From the IMG/VR virus record IMGVR_UViG_3300031951_000043: a stretch of DNA of 64,000 nt; one strand, 5' to 3'. Shown piece after piece: positions 19,313 through 29,658 of the stretch (positions are counted from its first letter, which is position 1; every line of letters starts with the position of its first letter). Under the pieces are notes generated by a model, which saw only the letters and a program-made list of their open reading frames with translations, did not search any database and was not told where the DNA came from. The stretch is from an uncultured virus (IMG/VR IMGVR_UViG_3300031951_000043). Its lineage: Duplodnaviria > Heunggongvirae > Uroviricota > Caudoviricetes. The position numbers and the translations under genes are program-made.

Positions 19313-21499
19313 TTATTTCCCCTTTTCAATTTTAACCTTATCTTTTACGAATTTTAATTTATACTTTTTCATCTCAATCATCTCACCCTTTAGAATTTCC
19401 TCGGATATAAAATCTTCCACATATTCTTGTATTGCTCGTTTTAATGGTCTTGCACCAAACTGAGGGTCAAATCCAACTTTAGCGATGTGCTCGACCAATG
19501 AATTATCATATTTGATAAAATATTTTAATTTATTTAATCTTTCTACCAATCTATCCAATTCAATCTTAACAATTTCCTTGACATCATCTTCTTTTAATGT
19601 ATTAAAGACAACAACCTCATCAATTCTATTTAAGAATTCTGGAGCAAAGAAATTCTTCATTTCTTTTTGAATTATATCTCGTTTAGCTTCTTCATTAGCA
19701 AATGAGTTTTTACCGAAGCCAATTCCAGAACCAAAATCTTGTATTTTTTTAACACCAAGATTTGATGTTAAAATAATTAATGAGTTTCTAAAGTTTATTT
19801 TTCTACCTAAACTATCAGTTATAAAACCTTCGTCTAAAACCCTCAATAAGATTGAGAATATTTCTTTATTTGCTTTTTCAACCTCATCAAATAAAATAAC
19901 CGAATATGGTTTGTTTTTTACTTGTTCGGTTAATTGACCACCTTTATCATAACCAACATAACCGGGGGGAGCACCAACCAATCTAGATACGCTATGTTTT
20001 TCTTGATATTCTGACATATCAATTCTAATTAAGTTATCTTCGCTACCAAAGATTTCTTTCGCCATCTGTTTAGCTAAATGAGTTTTACCAACACCACTAT
20101 TACCAAGCAATATGAACGCACCAATCGGTCTATTTGGGTCTCTAATACCTAATCTATTTCTGCGAATAGCTTTCGCCATTTTTGTAATTGCTTCTTGTTG
20201 ACCAACAACTTTTTCACCCACATTCTTTTCCAAATTCAATAAATTCTTTGTATCGTCAGTGTTTAATTTGTTAATTGGTATTTTTGTCATTGTTGATACA
20301 ACATCATAAACCAATTCAGTTGTAACTTCTTTTCTTTTGGTTAAAAGAGTTTCTTCAAATTTCTTTTTTTCTTCATTAAGTTTATCGACAATCTTTTTTT
20401 CTTTATCCCTTAATTCCGCAGCTTTCTCATAATCCTGTTGTTTTACAACGATTAATTTTTCTTCCTTAATTTTATGTGCTTCATCTTTAAGGTGGTTAAT
20501 AATTTCCGGTAATTCAATATCTACTTGACTTCTAGCACCAACTTCATCAATAATGTCAAATGCTTTATCGGGAAATTCTCTGTCAGTTATATATCTATCA
20601 GCAAGGTTTACACATAAATCTAAAACCTCATCATTGTAACTTACTCGATGATAAAATTCATATTTATCTTTAACGTTTTTTAAAATTTCTAATGTTTCTT
20701 CTTTTGAGGGTGAATCAACAACAACTTTTTGAAATCTTCGTTCTAATGCACCATCTTTTTCAAAATTTTCACGATATTCATCTAGCGTTGTTGCACCGAT
20801 ACATTGAATTTCTCCTCTTGCTAATGCTGGTTTAAAGATGTTTGACGCATCTAATGACCCAGATGAATTACCAGCACCAACTAATGTATGAATTTCATCA
20901 ATAAAGACAATTATATCGGGGTTATTTTGTAATTCTTCAAGAATAACTTTAAGACGTTCTTCAAATTGACCTCTATATTTTGTCCCAGCAACAATAGATG
21001 TTAAATCAAGTAGTACAATTCTTTTATTTTCAAGGTTTCTTGGACATTCACCTAGATAAATTTTCATAGCAAGACCTTCAACTATGGCAGTTTTACCACA
21101 ATTATGTGAAGATATGCCATTTGTTAAATATTTTCTTTCCTCATCTAATACTTCTAAATCAAAAGTATCGTGAACCCCAATATATTCTTTTTCAATAACA
21201 TCATGTAATTGATTATCGTCATACCAAACTAAATCTCCAATATTAATATTCTTTAATGATAACCAATATGTGTTATTCTGTTCTTCAACTAAATTATTTG
21301 CACAATCAAAAGATGTCTCAACTAAATGGGATTCTGAACCAGAAAGCTCAACGTTATTTGATAATGTTATTTTATAACACTCTTTTTTTGTTTTTTTAAA
21401 CAAATTACCAATTAATTTGTAACCAGATGGGGTCTTTACTTTATAAGTTCCCCCGTTTTTTTCAACATCGTTAAAAAAATCTTCAATTTTTATTTTCAT
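19313..21499 (-). CDS. clpC: Split-intein C-fragment (133 aa) fused to the C-terminal part of a ClpC/ClpB AAA+ chaperone
   Basis: Intein blocks (SESHL, DTFDLEV, ISSHN/C) then CGKT, FIDEIH, GATT, GNSGVGKT, GARPLKR. Confidence 0.93.
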   Translation of the reverse strand: MKIKIEDFFNDVEKNGGTYKVKTPSGYKLIGNLFKKTKKECYKITLSNNVELSGSESHLVETSFDCANNLVEEQNNTYWLSLKNINIGDLVWYDDNQLHDVIEKEYIGVHDTFDLEVLDEERKYLTNGISSHNCGKTAIVEGLAMKIYLGECPRNLENKRIVLLDLTSIVAGTKYRGQFEERLKVILEELQNNPDIIVFIDEIHTLVGAGNSSGSLDASNIFKPALARGEIQCIGATTLDEYRENFEKDGALERRFQKVVVDSPSKEETLEILKNVKDKYEFYHRVSYNDEVLDLCVNLADRYITDREFPDKAFDIIDEVGARSQVDIELPEIINHLKDEAHKIKEEKLIVVKQQDYEKAAELRDKEKKIVDKLNEEKKKFEETLLTKRKEVTTELVYDVVSTMTKIPINKLNTDDTKNLLNLEKNVGEKVVGQQEAITKMAKAIRRNRLGIRDPNRPIGAFILLGNSGVGKTHLAKQMAKEIFGSEDNLIRIDMSEYQEKHSVSRLVGAPPGYVGYDKGGQLTEQVKNKPYSVILFDEVEKANKEIFSILLRVLDEGFITDSLGRKINFRNSLIILTSNLGVKKIQDFGSGIGFGKNSFANEEAKRDIIQKEMKNFFAPEFLNRIDEVVVFNTLKEDDVKEIVKIELDRLVERLNKLKYFIKYDNSLVEHIAKVGFDPQFGARPLKRAIQEYVEDFISEEILKGEMIEMKKYKLKFVKDKVKIEKGK

Positions 21500-21505
21500 T
21501 TTAAA

Positions 21506-21799
21506 TTATAATATTTCAATATTATGCGTATTAACATCAGAAATTTTTTCAACCTCTATGTACGTATCACCAAGTACACACCCCGGTTCACCAATTATAA
21601 TTGGATTATTTTTCTTTCTTCTAGATAAGATTTGAGCAATTCTGTTAATTTCATTTTCTCTACCAATAACAGGGTCAAGTTTTCCTTGTTCTGCCATTTT
21701 TATCAAATCTTTACTAAAATTATCTAAAACCGGTGTTGAACCATCTTTTGTTTTTTCGGAACCAGATTTTTGGTTGCTATTTTCTTCAAATTCTATCAT
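21506..21799 (-). CDS. clpC: ClpC N-terminal part (73 aa) fused to a 24-aa split-intein N-fragment
   Basis: [22 protein letters not shown] followed by intein block A CVLGDT. Confidence 0.92.
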   Translation of the reverse strand: MIEFEENSNQKSGSEKTKDGSTPVLDNFSKDLIKMAEQGKLDPVIGRENEINRIAQILSRRKKNNPIIIGEPGCVLGDTYIEVEKISDVNTHNIEIL

Positions 21800-21915
21800 G
21801 ATTTTATTTTAAAAATAAAATGTGGTTATTTAAAATAAATAGTTCAGAAAAAACTAAAAAGTTTTCATCTCTATTGAAAAAATTTGTTATATTTGCAGAA
21901 TAAAACAAAACAACC

Positions 21916-22476
21916 ATGAAAAAGTTAATCATTATTCTAAGTTTATTTCCGAGTATTGTTTGTTCTCAAACAAGATTGGATACGCTCATTTTAAATGAGG
22001 TGAATAAATATCGAGCGGAAAATGGTTTAAATCTTTTAACGTTCACTGCGCAAGGTCAATGTGTTGCTGAAAACCAAAAAGACTATATGTTGCTAACTGG
22101 TTGTGTTAATCATGAACAAATTGAGGATGTTGATGATTTTGATGTTGAACCAGATTTTGCAAAAAGAAATTTTAAGTGTGGAATTGATACATTGGATACC
22201 AAAACAGTTTACATGGAAGTTCTTGTTGCTGTGTTGGACACAACAAATGCTTCATTAGAGGATATTGCAATTAAAGCTGTAAATGGTTGGAAAAGTTCAG
22301 AGGGACATAACTTCGCAATCTTATTACCAATGATTAACTATGTTGGTGTTTCTAGCGGTACTAACCATAAACTAGTTGAATACTACGAAGACCTTTACAC
22401 GGGTGAACTTACTATGGTTGTTACAGAACAAAAATATTGGTTTGTATCTTTAAATGCTTATAATATTTATTATTAA
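21916..22476 (+). CDS. Secreted CAP/SCP domain protein
   Basis: VNKYRAENGL, WKSSEGHN motifs; signal peptide. Confidence 0.82.
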   Translation: MKKLIIILSLFPSIVCSQTRLDTLILNEVNKYRAENGLNLLTFTAQGQCVAENQKDYMLLTGCVNHEQIEDVDDFDVEPDFAKRNFKCGIDTLDTKTVYMEVLVAVLDTTNASLEDIAIKAVNGWKSSEGHNFAILLPMINYVGVSSGTNHKLVEYYEDLYTGELTMVVTEQKYWFVSLNAYNIYY

Positions 22477-22560
22477 GAAAATATCATAAAAACTTGCACA
22501 AGGATTTTTTTATATGTATCTTTGTGATGTTCTTAAATTAATAATTAAAAACAAAACAAA

Positions 22561-22836
22561 ATGAAAAAAACATTTTTTTCCGTGTCAGTAATTATTGGTC
22601 TTATGACATCGTGTAATAATCAGAATAATCGGCAAGAAATCCAACAAACTGAACCGATTGTTGGGGTAAAGGAAATTAGAGCCGATACTTCATTTACTAT
22701 TAATGAAGAAACTGGTGAACCAATGATGGTAATTGAGGAAAAAGTCGTAATTGTAAAGCGAGATACTTTCCATAGTATGGACGAAAAAACCGGATTTTTT
22801 AATATGGTTGTTGTTGAAACAATAATTTCTGAATAA
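22561..22836 (+). CDS. Lipoprotein
   Basis: LMTS-C lipobox; host-type promoter upstream. Confidence 0.7.
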   Translation: MKKTFFSVSVIIGLMTSCNNQNNRQEIQQTEPIVGVKEIRADTSFTINEETGEPMMVIEEKVVIVKRDTFHSMDEKTGFFNMVVVETIISE

Positions 22837-23397
22837 TTACTTTCTCTGATAAATGGGTTTTATGGTACCCGGTGTAGGTTCTATTGGTTTAGTATGTGTG
22901 GCTTTAACTTTTGATTCCTTAAAACTAAAAACTTTTAACATGTAATCTAAATACGCATCAACCGTATTTGTACCTAAGTTACCATCAACAAAATCTCTTT
23001 CTTGACCAGAACTATCTTTAAATTTTAAAGGTAAACCAGCAAGTTTCACTAAATCAGACTGAAGCGATTTAATTGCTTCTACGGAAACTCCCGATTTTTT
23101 TGCCATTTCAGTTAATTGATTCATATTATATTTCCTCAATTCAACTTTTGCTTTTTTTATTTCATTTTCTCTTTCCAATCGTCTTTCATCTGGCGATAAA
23201 GATGAAAATGGTACAGAAGAATATTTTCCTATTTTAAATAATTTATTAATAAACTCAATAGCAGGTGAACTTTCCTGACTCATAGATAGGGATATACTTT
23301 TCTGTTGTTCATCCAAATATTGTTGGTAAATAGCTGTTTTGTGCATTTCCAATATTCTGGATTTTTCATTTTGGTCTATTGTGAATATTTTTTTCAT
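22837..23397 (-). CDS. Late protein with peptidoglycan-binding-like motif
   Basis: IKSLQ..VDGNLGTNT; EKSRILEMH leader. Confidence 0.6.
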   Translation of the reverse strand: MKKIFTIDQNEKSRILEMHKTAIYQQYLDEQQKSISLSMSQESSPAIEFINKLFKIGKYSSVPFSSLSPDERRLERENEIKKAKVELRKYNMNQLTEMAKKSGVSVEAIKSLQSDLVKLAGLPLKFKDSSGQERDFVDGNLGTNTVDAYLDYMLKVFSFKESKVKATHTKPIEPTPGTIKPIYQRK

Positions 23398-23494
23398 TTT
23401 CCCTTTTTATATAAATATTTGTATTATACAAAAACAACAATCCCCCACCATTTAATTTTGATAGGGGATTATTTATGTTGTGTATGTCGGAATT

Positions 23495-25657
23495 TTAAGA
23501 ACCCATTAAGTTTTGTTTCAATTGTCCTGTTACGTCAGAGAACTTAGAACTAACTTTTGATAATTGGGGACAAACAAAACTCAATAATTTATCTTCAACT
23601 ACCTTAACTAATTCAGATTTATCTCTAAATAAGAGGTCAGAAATTGAGTTTCTAATGAGATCTTCAATGTAGTTTGTTTCACCAGTTTTACTCATTTTCT
23701 TTCTAAAAACTGTGTTTACAATTGTTTCAGCAATCCATTTAACTAATGTATTACAATCACCAGATAGTATTTTACCAATATTATCTAAATCGAAGCTAGC
23801 AAATCCGGTAATTAATAGATTTGATAAATAACTATCTTTTGGTACATTTAATTTCTCTAATATCCAAGCCATTAATCTTTCTTGTAAAGTATCCGCAAAA
23901 CCACCAAAACCTAATTTACCTAAGAAATTAAACCAGTTTTCTTGAATTAAATTTTCATTAAATCCTTGTTCCTTTAAGAAATTAGCTTCACTAATTAAAG
24001 ATTCAAATAATTGATTGTAATCTGATTGAGTTTTTAAACCATTAGATGCTTCAACCAAAACGTATAATCTGTTTTTGATTATTTTGTTTTCTTTAATAAG
24101 TCTTTGTTTCTTCGTTTTTTCAACTATTAAGTTTTCTTTAATCATATTTTTTAAATTTTTCGTTGATTCCATTTTTAATTTTCTACCTTCTTTTCCGAGT
24201 TTTTTACATGATTCGGTTACATCGGCAAAAGGTATTCTATATTCACCAGCACTTGCTGATCTTAGGTCAACAATTATTCTATCAGCACTTTTTTCTTGTG
24301 GTGTTCTAAACATTCTCTTGAAACGTGTCTCATCTTTATTAATCAACTTACATTGATTATTGCAAGCCATAAGAAACTTTTTAGTTCGTTCTGTTGAACT
24401 TTGGTCGATTGGTTTTTTACCTAAGAAATTTTTATACCATTGAAATAATGCTGTTAAACATTTTTCATCATTAATGTCTTCTATTTTTGTACTTATAGTA
24501 GAAGTGTCTATACCAGATTTAACGCTGGGCCAAATATACACAAGAATGCTTTCAGAAGTATTCCCTTGGGGGAATGATTGTATTAATTCTTTTAATGGAA
24601 TTTGTTTGAAGCTACTTCTTTGTGATGTGGGATCATTTAATTGGTCTATTGAATTATCCTTACCTATTTCATCAATTGGATAGTTAATGAAATTATCAGA
24701 TTTGACCATAGATGTTATTGTATTTGGGTCAAGATCGGTATACTTATCTGGATAAGTTTGTTTTAAAAGTTTAAGACCTTCTTTAAAGGTATAAAAAGCG
24801 TTTGATTGATAACCATTTTTAAGGGCGCTTAAAATTCCTTTATAAATAGAATTTATTCTATTTTCATCGGGCGGATTATCAAGAATTCCGAGATTCCTAA
24901 GAAATTGATTGTTAGTCTGTGTACCAGCTTGTTGTTGTGTGGTTGTTGTTTGTGTACCTGCTTGTTGTGTACCTGTTGGTGTGGCGGCTTGTTGTTGTGT
25001 GGTTACCGCTTGTTTTTTTCTTGATGTAATAATTTGTTCCACCATTTCTTTTTTTTCTGGTTGAGTGTTTGTTTCATCAGGTATAAAATCTGCAAGTTCA
25101 TATGTTCCGCGATCAGTTTCCGCATTATTAACATATTTTCTCCAAGTATTATTTTTAAAGAAATAATAAAATCCTTGCCCAATCGGTTCGGAATCACCAT
25201 CAATTAAATTCGCAGCTTTTTTATAAGCAAGTTGACCAGTTTTAGCTTTTATTAATGAACCACCACTAAATGTACCATTTTTTATATTTTCTTCAAACCA
25301 TTTTTGTTCTTCGGATTTTTCTTCCGTTTTTGTTTTTTCGGGTTCGGGGGTACTAAGTTTAGTTCCAGATTTTTTATATTCTTCACCATAAGAATTCCAA
25401 GCTGCGGTTGTTTTTGGACCAAATCTTCCATAACCACCGGCTTTGTTTAAAACACCGTTTGGATAACCTGTTGCCCAACCCGGATGAGTTTTATCCAACC
25501 AATCTTGGAATTTTTTAACACCATCAACATTACCTAAAAATTCAGGAATTGATGACGGTCTTGGTGTTTGAGTTGTTCCAGTTCCGGTTCCACTTGCGCG
25601 AGGTGGTTTGCCACTAGGTGTTGGCGGTTTACCTTCTTTAATTATTATAGGTTTCAT
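23495..25657 (-). CDS. Large hypothetical late protein with PG-binding-like motif and Q/T-rich linker
   Basis: VKKFQDWLD..GRFGPKTTAAW; many I/L-x-E sites. Confidence 0.75.
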   Translation of the reverse strand: MKPIIIKEGKPPTPSGKPPRASGTGTGTTQTPRPSSIPEFLGNVDGVKKFQDWLDKTHPGWATGYPNGVLNKAGGYGRFGPKTTAAWNSYGEEYKKSGTKLSTPEPEKTKTEEKSEEQKWFEENIKNGTFSGGSLIKAKTGQLAYKKAANLIDGDSEPIGQGFYYFFKNNTWRKYVNNAETDRGTYELADFIPDETNTQPEKKEMVEQIITSRKKQAVTTQQQAATPTGTQQAGTQTTTTQQQAGTQTNNQFLRNLGILDNPPDENRINSIYKGILSALKNGYQSNAFYTFKEGLKLLKQTYPDKYTDLDPNTITSMVKSDNFINYPIDEIGKDNSIDQLNDPTSQRSSFKQIPLKELIQSFPQGNTSESILVYIWPSVKSGIDTSTISTKIEDINDEKCLTALFQWYKNFLGKKPIDQSSTERTKKFLMACNNQCKLINKDETRFKRMFRTPQEKSADRIIVDLRSASAGEYRIPFADVTESCKKLGKEGRKLKMESTKNLKNMIKENLIVEKTKKQRLIKENKIIKNRLYVLVEASNGLKTQSDYNQLFESLISEANFLKEQGFNENLIQENWFNFLGKLGFGGFADTLQERLMAWILEKLNVPKDSYLSNLLITGFASFDLDNIGKILSGDCNTLVKWIAETIVNTVFRKKMSKTGETNYIEDLIRNSISDLLFRDKSELVKVVEDKLLSFVCPQLSKVSSKFSDVTGQLKQNLMGS

Positions 25658-26337
25658 TATTGTACGAATATAAATTTATTTCCTTCAAGTTTATAATTAA
25701 ATCTAGCTTTATTCTCATCAATTACATAATATAAGTCACCTTCAATACCAAAGACTTCATTACCTTTAAAATCATTTGCCCAATCATTTTTAACAAATGT
25801 TTTAAATAATTCAAAGTTGTTATTATTTGTTTGTTGTGGTGGATTATTTGTTTGTTGTGGCGAATTATCATATTTGTCTTTAAGATTTGAAAAGACATCA
25901 ACAAAATTAATCCATTCATCGTCATAATCAATATCATCATCAATCCACGTAAAAAAATTATCGCCTTGACCATATCGTGTTTCAAAAAATGCATTAACCG
26001 CACATAAATCACCAAAAGTCCCTACTGATAATTTATCTAACCCCTCTTTTACTTTATCTAAATCTGTTCCAGTTGGAATTCCAAGAGTAGCCCTTGAAAA
26101 TGCATCATAAAAAGTACGTGCAATAATTTTAATCTCTTCATCAGTAAATGTTTTAGTTTTTAATACTTCTGTTGTGCAAGCATCTAAAATTTTTTCAACA
26201 TCTTCGGGATGACCTTCATTTAAAAGACCTTTTATTTTTTCCTCATTTTCAGTTAACGTCATATCATTTTTATATGACATAAGGAGTTTAACTCTATTAA
26301 GAGATTCCAAACCCTCATCTAATTTATATTTTTCCAT
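25657..26337 (-). CDS. Hypothetical late protein
   Basis: Start MEKYK downstream of ATATTTAT; internal 21-nt tandem duplication. Confidence 0.75.
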   Translation of the reverse strand: MEKYKLDEGLESLNRVKLLMSYKNDMTLTENEEKIKGLLNEGHPEDVEKILDACTTEVLKTKTFTDEEIKIIARTFYDAFSRATLGIPTGTDLDKVKEGLDKLSVGTFGDLCAVNAFFETRYGQGDNFFTWIDDDIDYDDEWINFVDVFSNLKDKYDNSPQQTNNPPQQTNNNNFELFKTFVKNDWANDFKGNEVFGIEGDLYYVIDENKARFNYKLEGNKFIFVQ

Positions 26338-26369
26338 AATTAAAAAGTTTTTTATATAAATATATCGAC

Positions 26370-27071
26370 TTATAATAAAGTATTTGCTTTTCCGCGAGTT
26401 AAATCTGTTGACCATTTATTTTTTTGGTCAATTGTATTTGCTTTACCTCTTTTTATTGGATAAGTTTCAGACCATTTTTGTTTTGGATTAGTCGGATTTG
26501 CCGGTCCTCTTTTTACACCGCTATCCCATTTTGTTACCGCAGGATATGCTGGGTTTTCACCACTTGTTGGTTCTTGTTCTTTTAATTCACTGCTTTTTTT
26601 TAAAATTTTTCCTATTATACTACCGCCAATTTTAATCCCATCTGGTAAATTTTTTATTTTTGTCCCACCAATTCTCAAATCACCACTAACATTAAGATCG
26701 TTAGGTAAAAATTTAATTCCAGTACCAGATAAATCTAAATTACCTATAACATTAAGATTTTTTGGTAAAGCAATTAATTGTTCACAACCATATAAAATAA
26801 AAGACCCATTTATGGTAAGATTATCTGGTAAAAATTCAATATCCCCAAAGATGAATTGAATTCCTCCATTAATAATAACCTTATCATATTGTTGATTAAA
26901 AACCCTTGTTAATTTCTCAGAATCATTTCTAAATACATTTTTAAGAATCATTTTAAAATATTCTGGATTCTTATTAAAAATTCTTCTGTTATTTTTTTCT
27001 TCTTCTTGCTCAAGAAGGACCTTTCTAACAATCCTATATAAATCTGATTCTGTTAATTTTATCTTTTTCAT
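26370..27071 (-). CDS. LRR protein with shared leader and C-terminal KW..RG(P/K)AN repeats
   Basis: MKKIKLTESDLYRIV leader; LPxxL repeats; three KW..RGxAN units. Confidence 0.85.
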   Translation of the reverse strand: MKKIKLTESDLYRIVRKVLLEQEEEKNNRRIFNKNPEYFKMILKNVFRNDSEKLTRVFNQQYDKVIINGGIQFIFGDIEFLPDNLTINGSFILYGCEQLIALPKNLNVIGNLDLSGTGIKFLPNDLNVSGDLRIGGTKIKNLPDGIKIGGSIIGKILKKSSELKEQEPTSGENPAYPAVTKWDSGVKRGPANPTNPKQKWSETYPIKRGKANTIDQKNKWSTDLTRGKANTLL

Positions 27072-27107
27072 AACCATAAATAGTTTGGTTTATGAAAAAT
27101 ATGAATT

Positions 27108-27437
27108 TTAAAATATAACAGCGGTAGGAATCTTATCCGGATTATCCAAATAAAATTCATTTATAAATGTCTTTAAATCTTCTTCTTGAATATCGTATAT
27201 GTTTGTATCATTATCATAATGTGAGTCGTCCATATCCTCATCACTATATTCGTTGTTTACTTCCTCAAAAATATCATAATCATCAGAAAAAACGTTAAAC
27301 CCATATTCTTCAATTAATGAAATATCAAAAGTGTCTTCTCTTATTTCAGAATCAGAATCTGTAGCAAATCTAAATTGCACTTCAATTGTTTTCGAAGATT
27401 CAATTATGTACTGCGAAACAATTTCTTTAACTTCCAT
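27108..27437 (-). CDS. Acidic hypothetical protein
   Basis: ORF, likely start MEVKE. Confidence 0.7.
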   Translation of the reverse strand: MEVKEIVSQYIIESSKTIEVQFRFATDSDSEIREDTFDISLIEEYGFNVFSDDYDIFEEVNNEYSDEDMDDSHYDNDTNIYDIQEEDLKTFINEFYLDNPDKIPTAVIF

Positions 27438-27438
27438 A

Positions 27439-27870
27439 TCAATACTTCTTAATTCGATTGAACATTTCAATGATTAAATTTCTTTGAGTGTTGAAACTTT
27501 CTTTAAGGTCTTCATCAATCTCTTCAAAGGTTTCAGCTTCACACTGCTCACAAACCTCATCTTCCTCAACATAATCAAATTTATCACCAAGTTCCGCTGT
27601 TTTATAGTTACATTCACAAACTTCTTCATTTAACCCGCATTGTTCACAAACCTTAACCTTTTCTTCATTTATTCCGAAGTTTTTGTATGTACTAACATTA
27701 CCTTTATTACTTAAAGTAATACCTCCCTTATCTTTTGCTAAATCTTCAATTGTTAAAGGTTGTGAGTTTGATGTTTTGCTTAAAGTGACATAACCATCAT
27801 AAAGAGTCTTATGTTGATTTTTAATTGCGTCTCTTTCTTCGTTTGAGATGTTAAAAAAGTATGCGTTCAT
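27439..27870 (-). CDS. Hypothetical late protein with CEQC motifs
   Basis: ORF; late motif upstream. Confidence 0.75.
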   Translation of the reverse strand: MNAYFFNISNEERDAIKNQHKTLYDGYVTLSKTSNSQPLTIEDLAKDKGGITLSNKGNVSTYKNFGINEEKVKVCEQCGLNEEVCECNYKTAELGDKFDYVEEDEVCEQCEAETFEEIDEDLKESFNTQRNLIIEMFNRIKKY

Positions 27871-27912
27871 GGTAATAAATTTAATAATAAATATGCGTTA
27901 ATTAGAAAAAAA

Positions 27913-28176
27913 TTATTCCAAAATTTTAATAATAAGTTCGGACGTTCCTTTTATTACTCGATGAAACATTTCTTTAGGAATAAAGATTTTTTCATTTTTA
28001 GCCAAACATTTTGGTAATTCATTATCCAATTGGAGTTTCCAATCGTTTTCATTTAATGCAATTACAGTCCTATCCTTTTTATCACGATGCCATTTTAACT
28101 CAATAGGGTCAATATCATCGGAAAATTTCCGAATCATAACATCATTTTCTATTATTTGTGAATAAGGTCTTTCCAT
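27913..28176 (-). CDS. Small cupin-like protein
   Basis: WHRD..IFIPKEMFHRVIKG. Confidence 0.7.
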   Translation of the reverse strand: MERPYSQIIENDVMIRKFSDDIDPIELKWHRDKKDRTVIALNENDWKLQLDNELPKCLAKNEKIFIPKEMFHRVIKGTSELIIKILE

Positions 28177-28733
28177 TACCAATAACCCGGATATGTTTTA
28201 CCTCCCCACAAGTGACCATAACGATTTACTCTGCAAGCCCAATATCCTGCGGTCATTCTATCTTTTTTATCTTTGCATCGATGTCTTGATGCGAATCTTT
28301 TTCTAGCTTCAGGATTTGAAACTTTCGCACTTAATCCTGTTGTATCACCAAAACTAATTTTTTTAACTTTTCCAGTTTTTGGGTTTTTAACGTATACATA
28401 ATATTTTTTTGAACCCCCACGCATAGGATATCCAATCCTAACGTCTTTTCCTTGGTACTCAGCTTCGATTAAAAATTCAATTTCCTCTATTGGAAGATCC
28501 AAAGGAACAATGTTTCCTTCATATTCATCCCACATACCGATATCGGTACTTTCATATAGCTCTCTGTCAACACCATTTAATTCAATTTCTTCAGAATCAT
28601 AAAGATTTCTTACTTCGGTTATTAAATTAAAATATGATTCAGAACCATGTCTGAAAACATTCTCGGTTATTTGAATATCATTTTCTAAATGATAATTTAA
28701 GTTTTCGGAAATTATTGTTTTTTTCATTTTCAT
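28176..28733 (-). CDS. Phage protein with basic C-terminal domain
   Basis: YVKNPKTGKVKKISFG..RHRC..AGYWACR. Confidence 0.75.
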   Translation of the reverse strand: MKMKKTIISENLNYHLENDIQITENVFRHGSESYFNLITEVRNLYDSEEIELNGVDRELYESTDIGMWDEYEGNIVPLDLPIEEIEFLIEAEYQGKDVRIGYPMRGGSKKYYVYVKNPKTGKVKKISFGDTTGLSAKVSNPEARKRFASRHRCKDKKDRMTAGYWACRVNRYGHLWGGKTYPGYW

Positions 28734-29215
28734 TCTATATTTGTTGATTCGATATCTGAACTATCAGAATCTTCTTGAATAAGGTCGCCATCCCAAGCAT
28801 CGGTAGTACCCTGATTAATATCAAAGATTAGTGCCTCTCTAGCATGATTATAATCATACGCTTGAAATGTGTGTCTATATGTTCTAGTCCAGACTTCGGT
28901 TGTTGTTTGTGTGACATCAAAACTAAAATCTTTTAATTCAGGAATAAAAATCGTTTCTTCGTTAAGTTTATTTTCTTTTATTAAATCAATGTTTTCTAGC
29001 ACCAATAATGTATAAAATGATAATTCATCCAAATCATAATGGTCAATGCTTAACGCACTTGATGCTTTTTCTAATAAATCAAGCCATTCACCGGGAACAT
29101 TAAAATCAAGATTTTCCAATTCATCCATTGGTATATTTCTTTTTAGGCTTACATTATAGAGTGCTTTAGCTATCTTTACTAAGGTTTGTTTGTCGCGTTC
29201 TCTTCCTTTCTTCAT
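28730..29215 (-). CDS. Hypothetical protein
   Basis: ORF. Confidence 0.7.
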   Translation of the reverse strand: MKKGRERDKQTLVKIAKALYNVSLKRNIPMDELENLDFNVPGEWLDLLEKASSALSIDHYDLDELSFYTLLVLENIDLIKENKLNEETIFIPELKDFSFDVTQTTTEVWTRTYRHTFQAYDYNHAREALIFDINQGTTDAWDGDLIQEDSDSSDIESTNIE

Positions 29216-29228
29216 TTGTTTTTTTACA

Positions 29229-29244
29229 TATAAATATATTTATA
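29229..29244. promoter_or_regulatory. Palindromic bidirectional late-promoter motif TATAAATATATTTATA
   Basis: 16-bp palindrome with ATATTTAT on both strands between divergent genes. Confidence 0.6.
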
Positions 29245-29247
29245 AAT

Positions 29248-29658
29248 ATGAATCTATCAAAAATTTTAAATAAAGAAACATTATCTGAAATTGTTAACTT
29301 TCTAAAAGAAAGAGGTTTAGATAATGATGAAATACGTTTTGGTATTAATAATGCAACAAATCTTCTTAAAGACGTACCAAAAAAATTTAAAATATATCGA
29401 ATTATTTATTTAAATAATCCATCTGAATTAGATAAAGAAAAATTAGGCGCTCATTGGACCTTAAATAAGGAAAACCTACTTGAGTCGTACCGTATAATGG
29501 ATGAAAAAAATTATTGCTTAGTCACAGCAAATGTAAGTGAAGAAAGAGTTATTCTTAGAAGAACATTTGAATTAAATGCTGAATATCCAAATGAGATGGA
29601 AATATTAATTGATAATGATGGGAAAAATTTAGATGTTGTTAGTATTGAATGTTTTTAA
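29248..29658 (+). CDS. Hypothetical protein
   Basis: IYR..LGAHWT..EMEI pattern, weakly ADP-ribosyltransferase-like. Confidence 0.65.
   Translation: MNLSKILNKETLSEIVNFLKERGLDNDEIRFGINNATNLLKDVPKKFKIYRIIYLNNPSELDKEKLGAHWTLNKENLLESYRIMDEKNYCLVTANVSEERVILRRTFELNAEYPNEMEILIDNDGKNLDVVSIECF

Noticed and set aside
21500..21508. clpC as a frameshifted pseudogene
   Set aside because: Both parts are in the same frame, intact, and carry complementary intein halves with a start codon for the second; a split intein explains it better.
24918..25010. Short tandem repeats (also 25821-25862)
   Set aside because: In-frame low-complexity Q/T/N linkers inside proteins.
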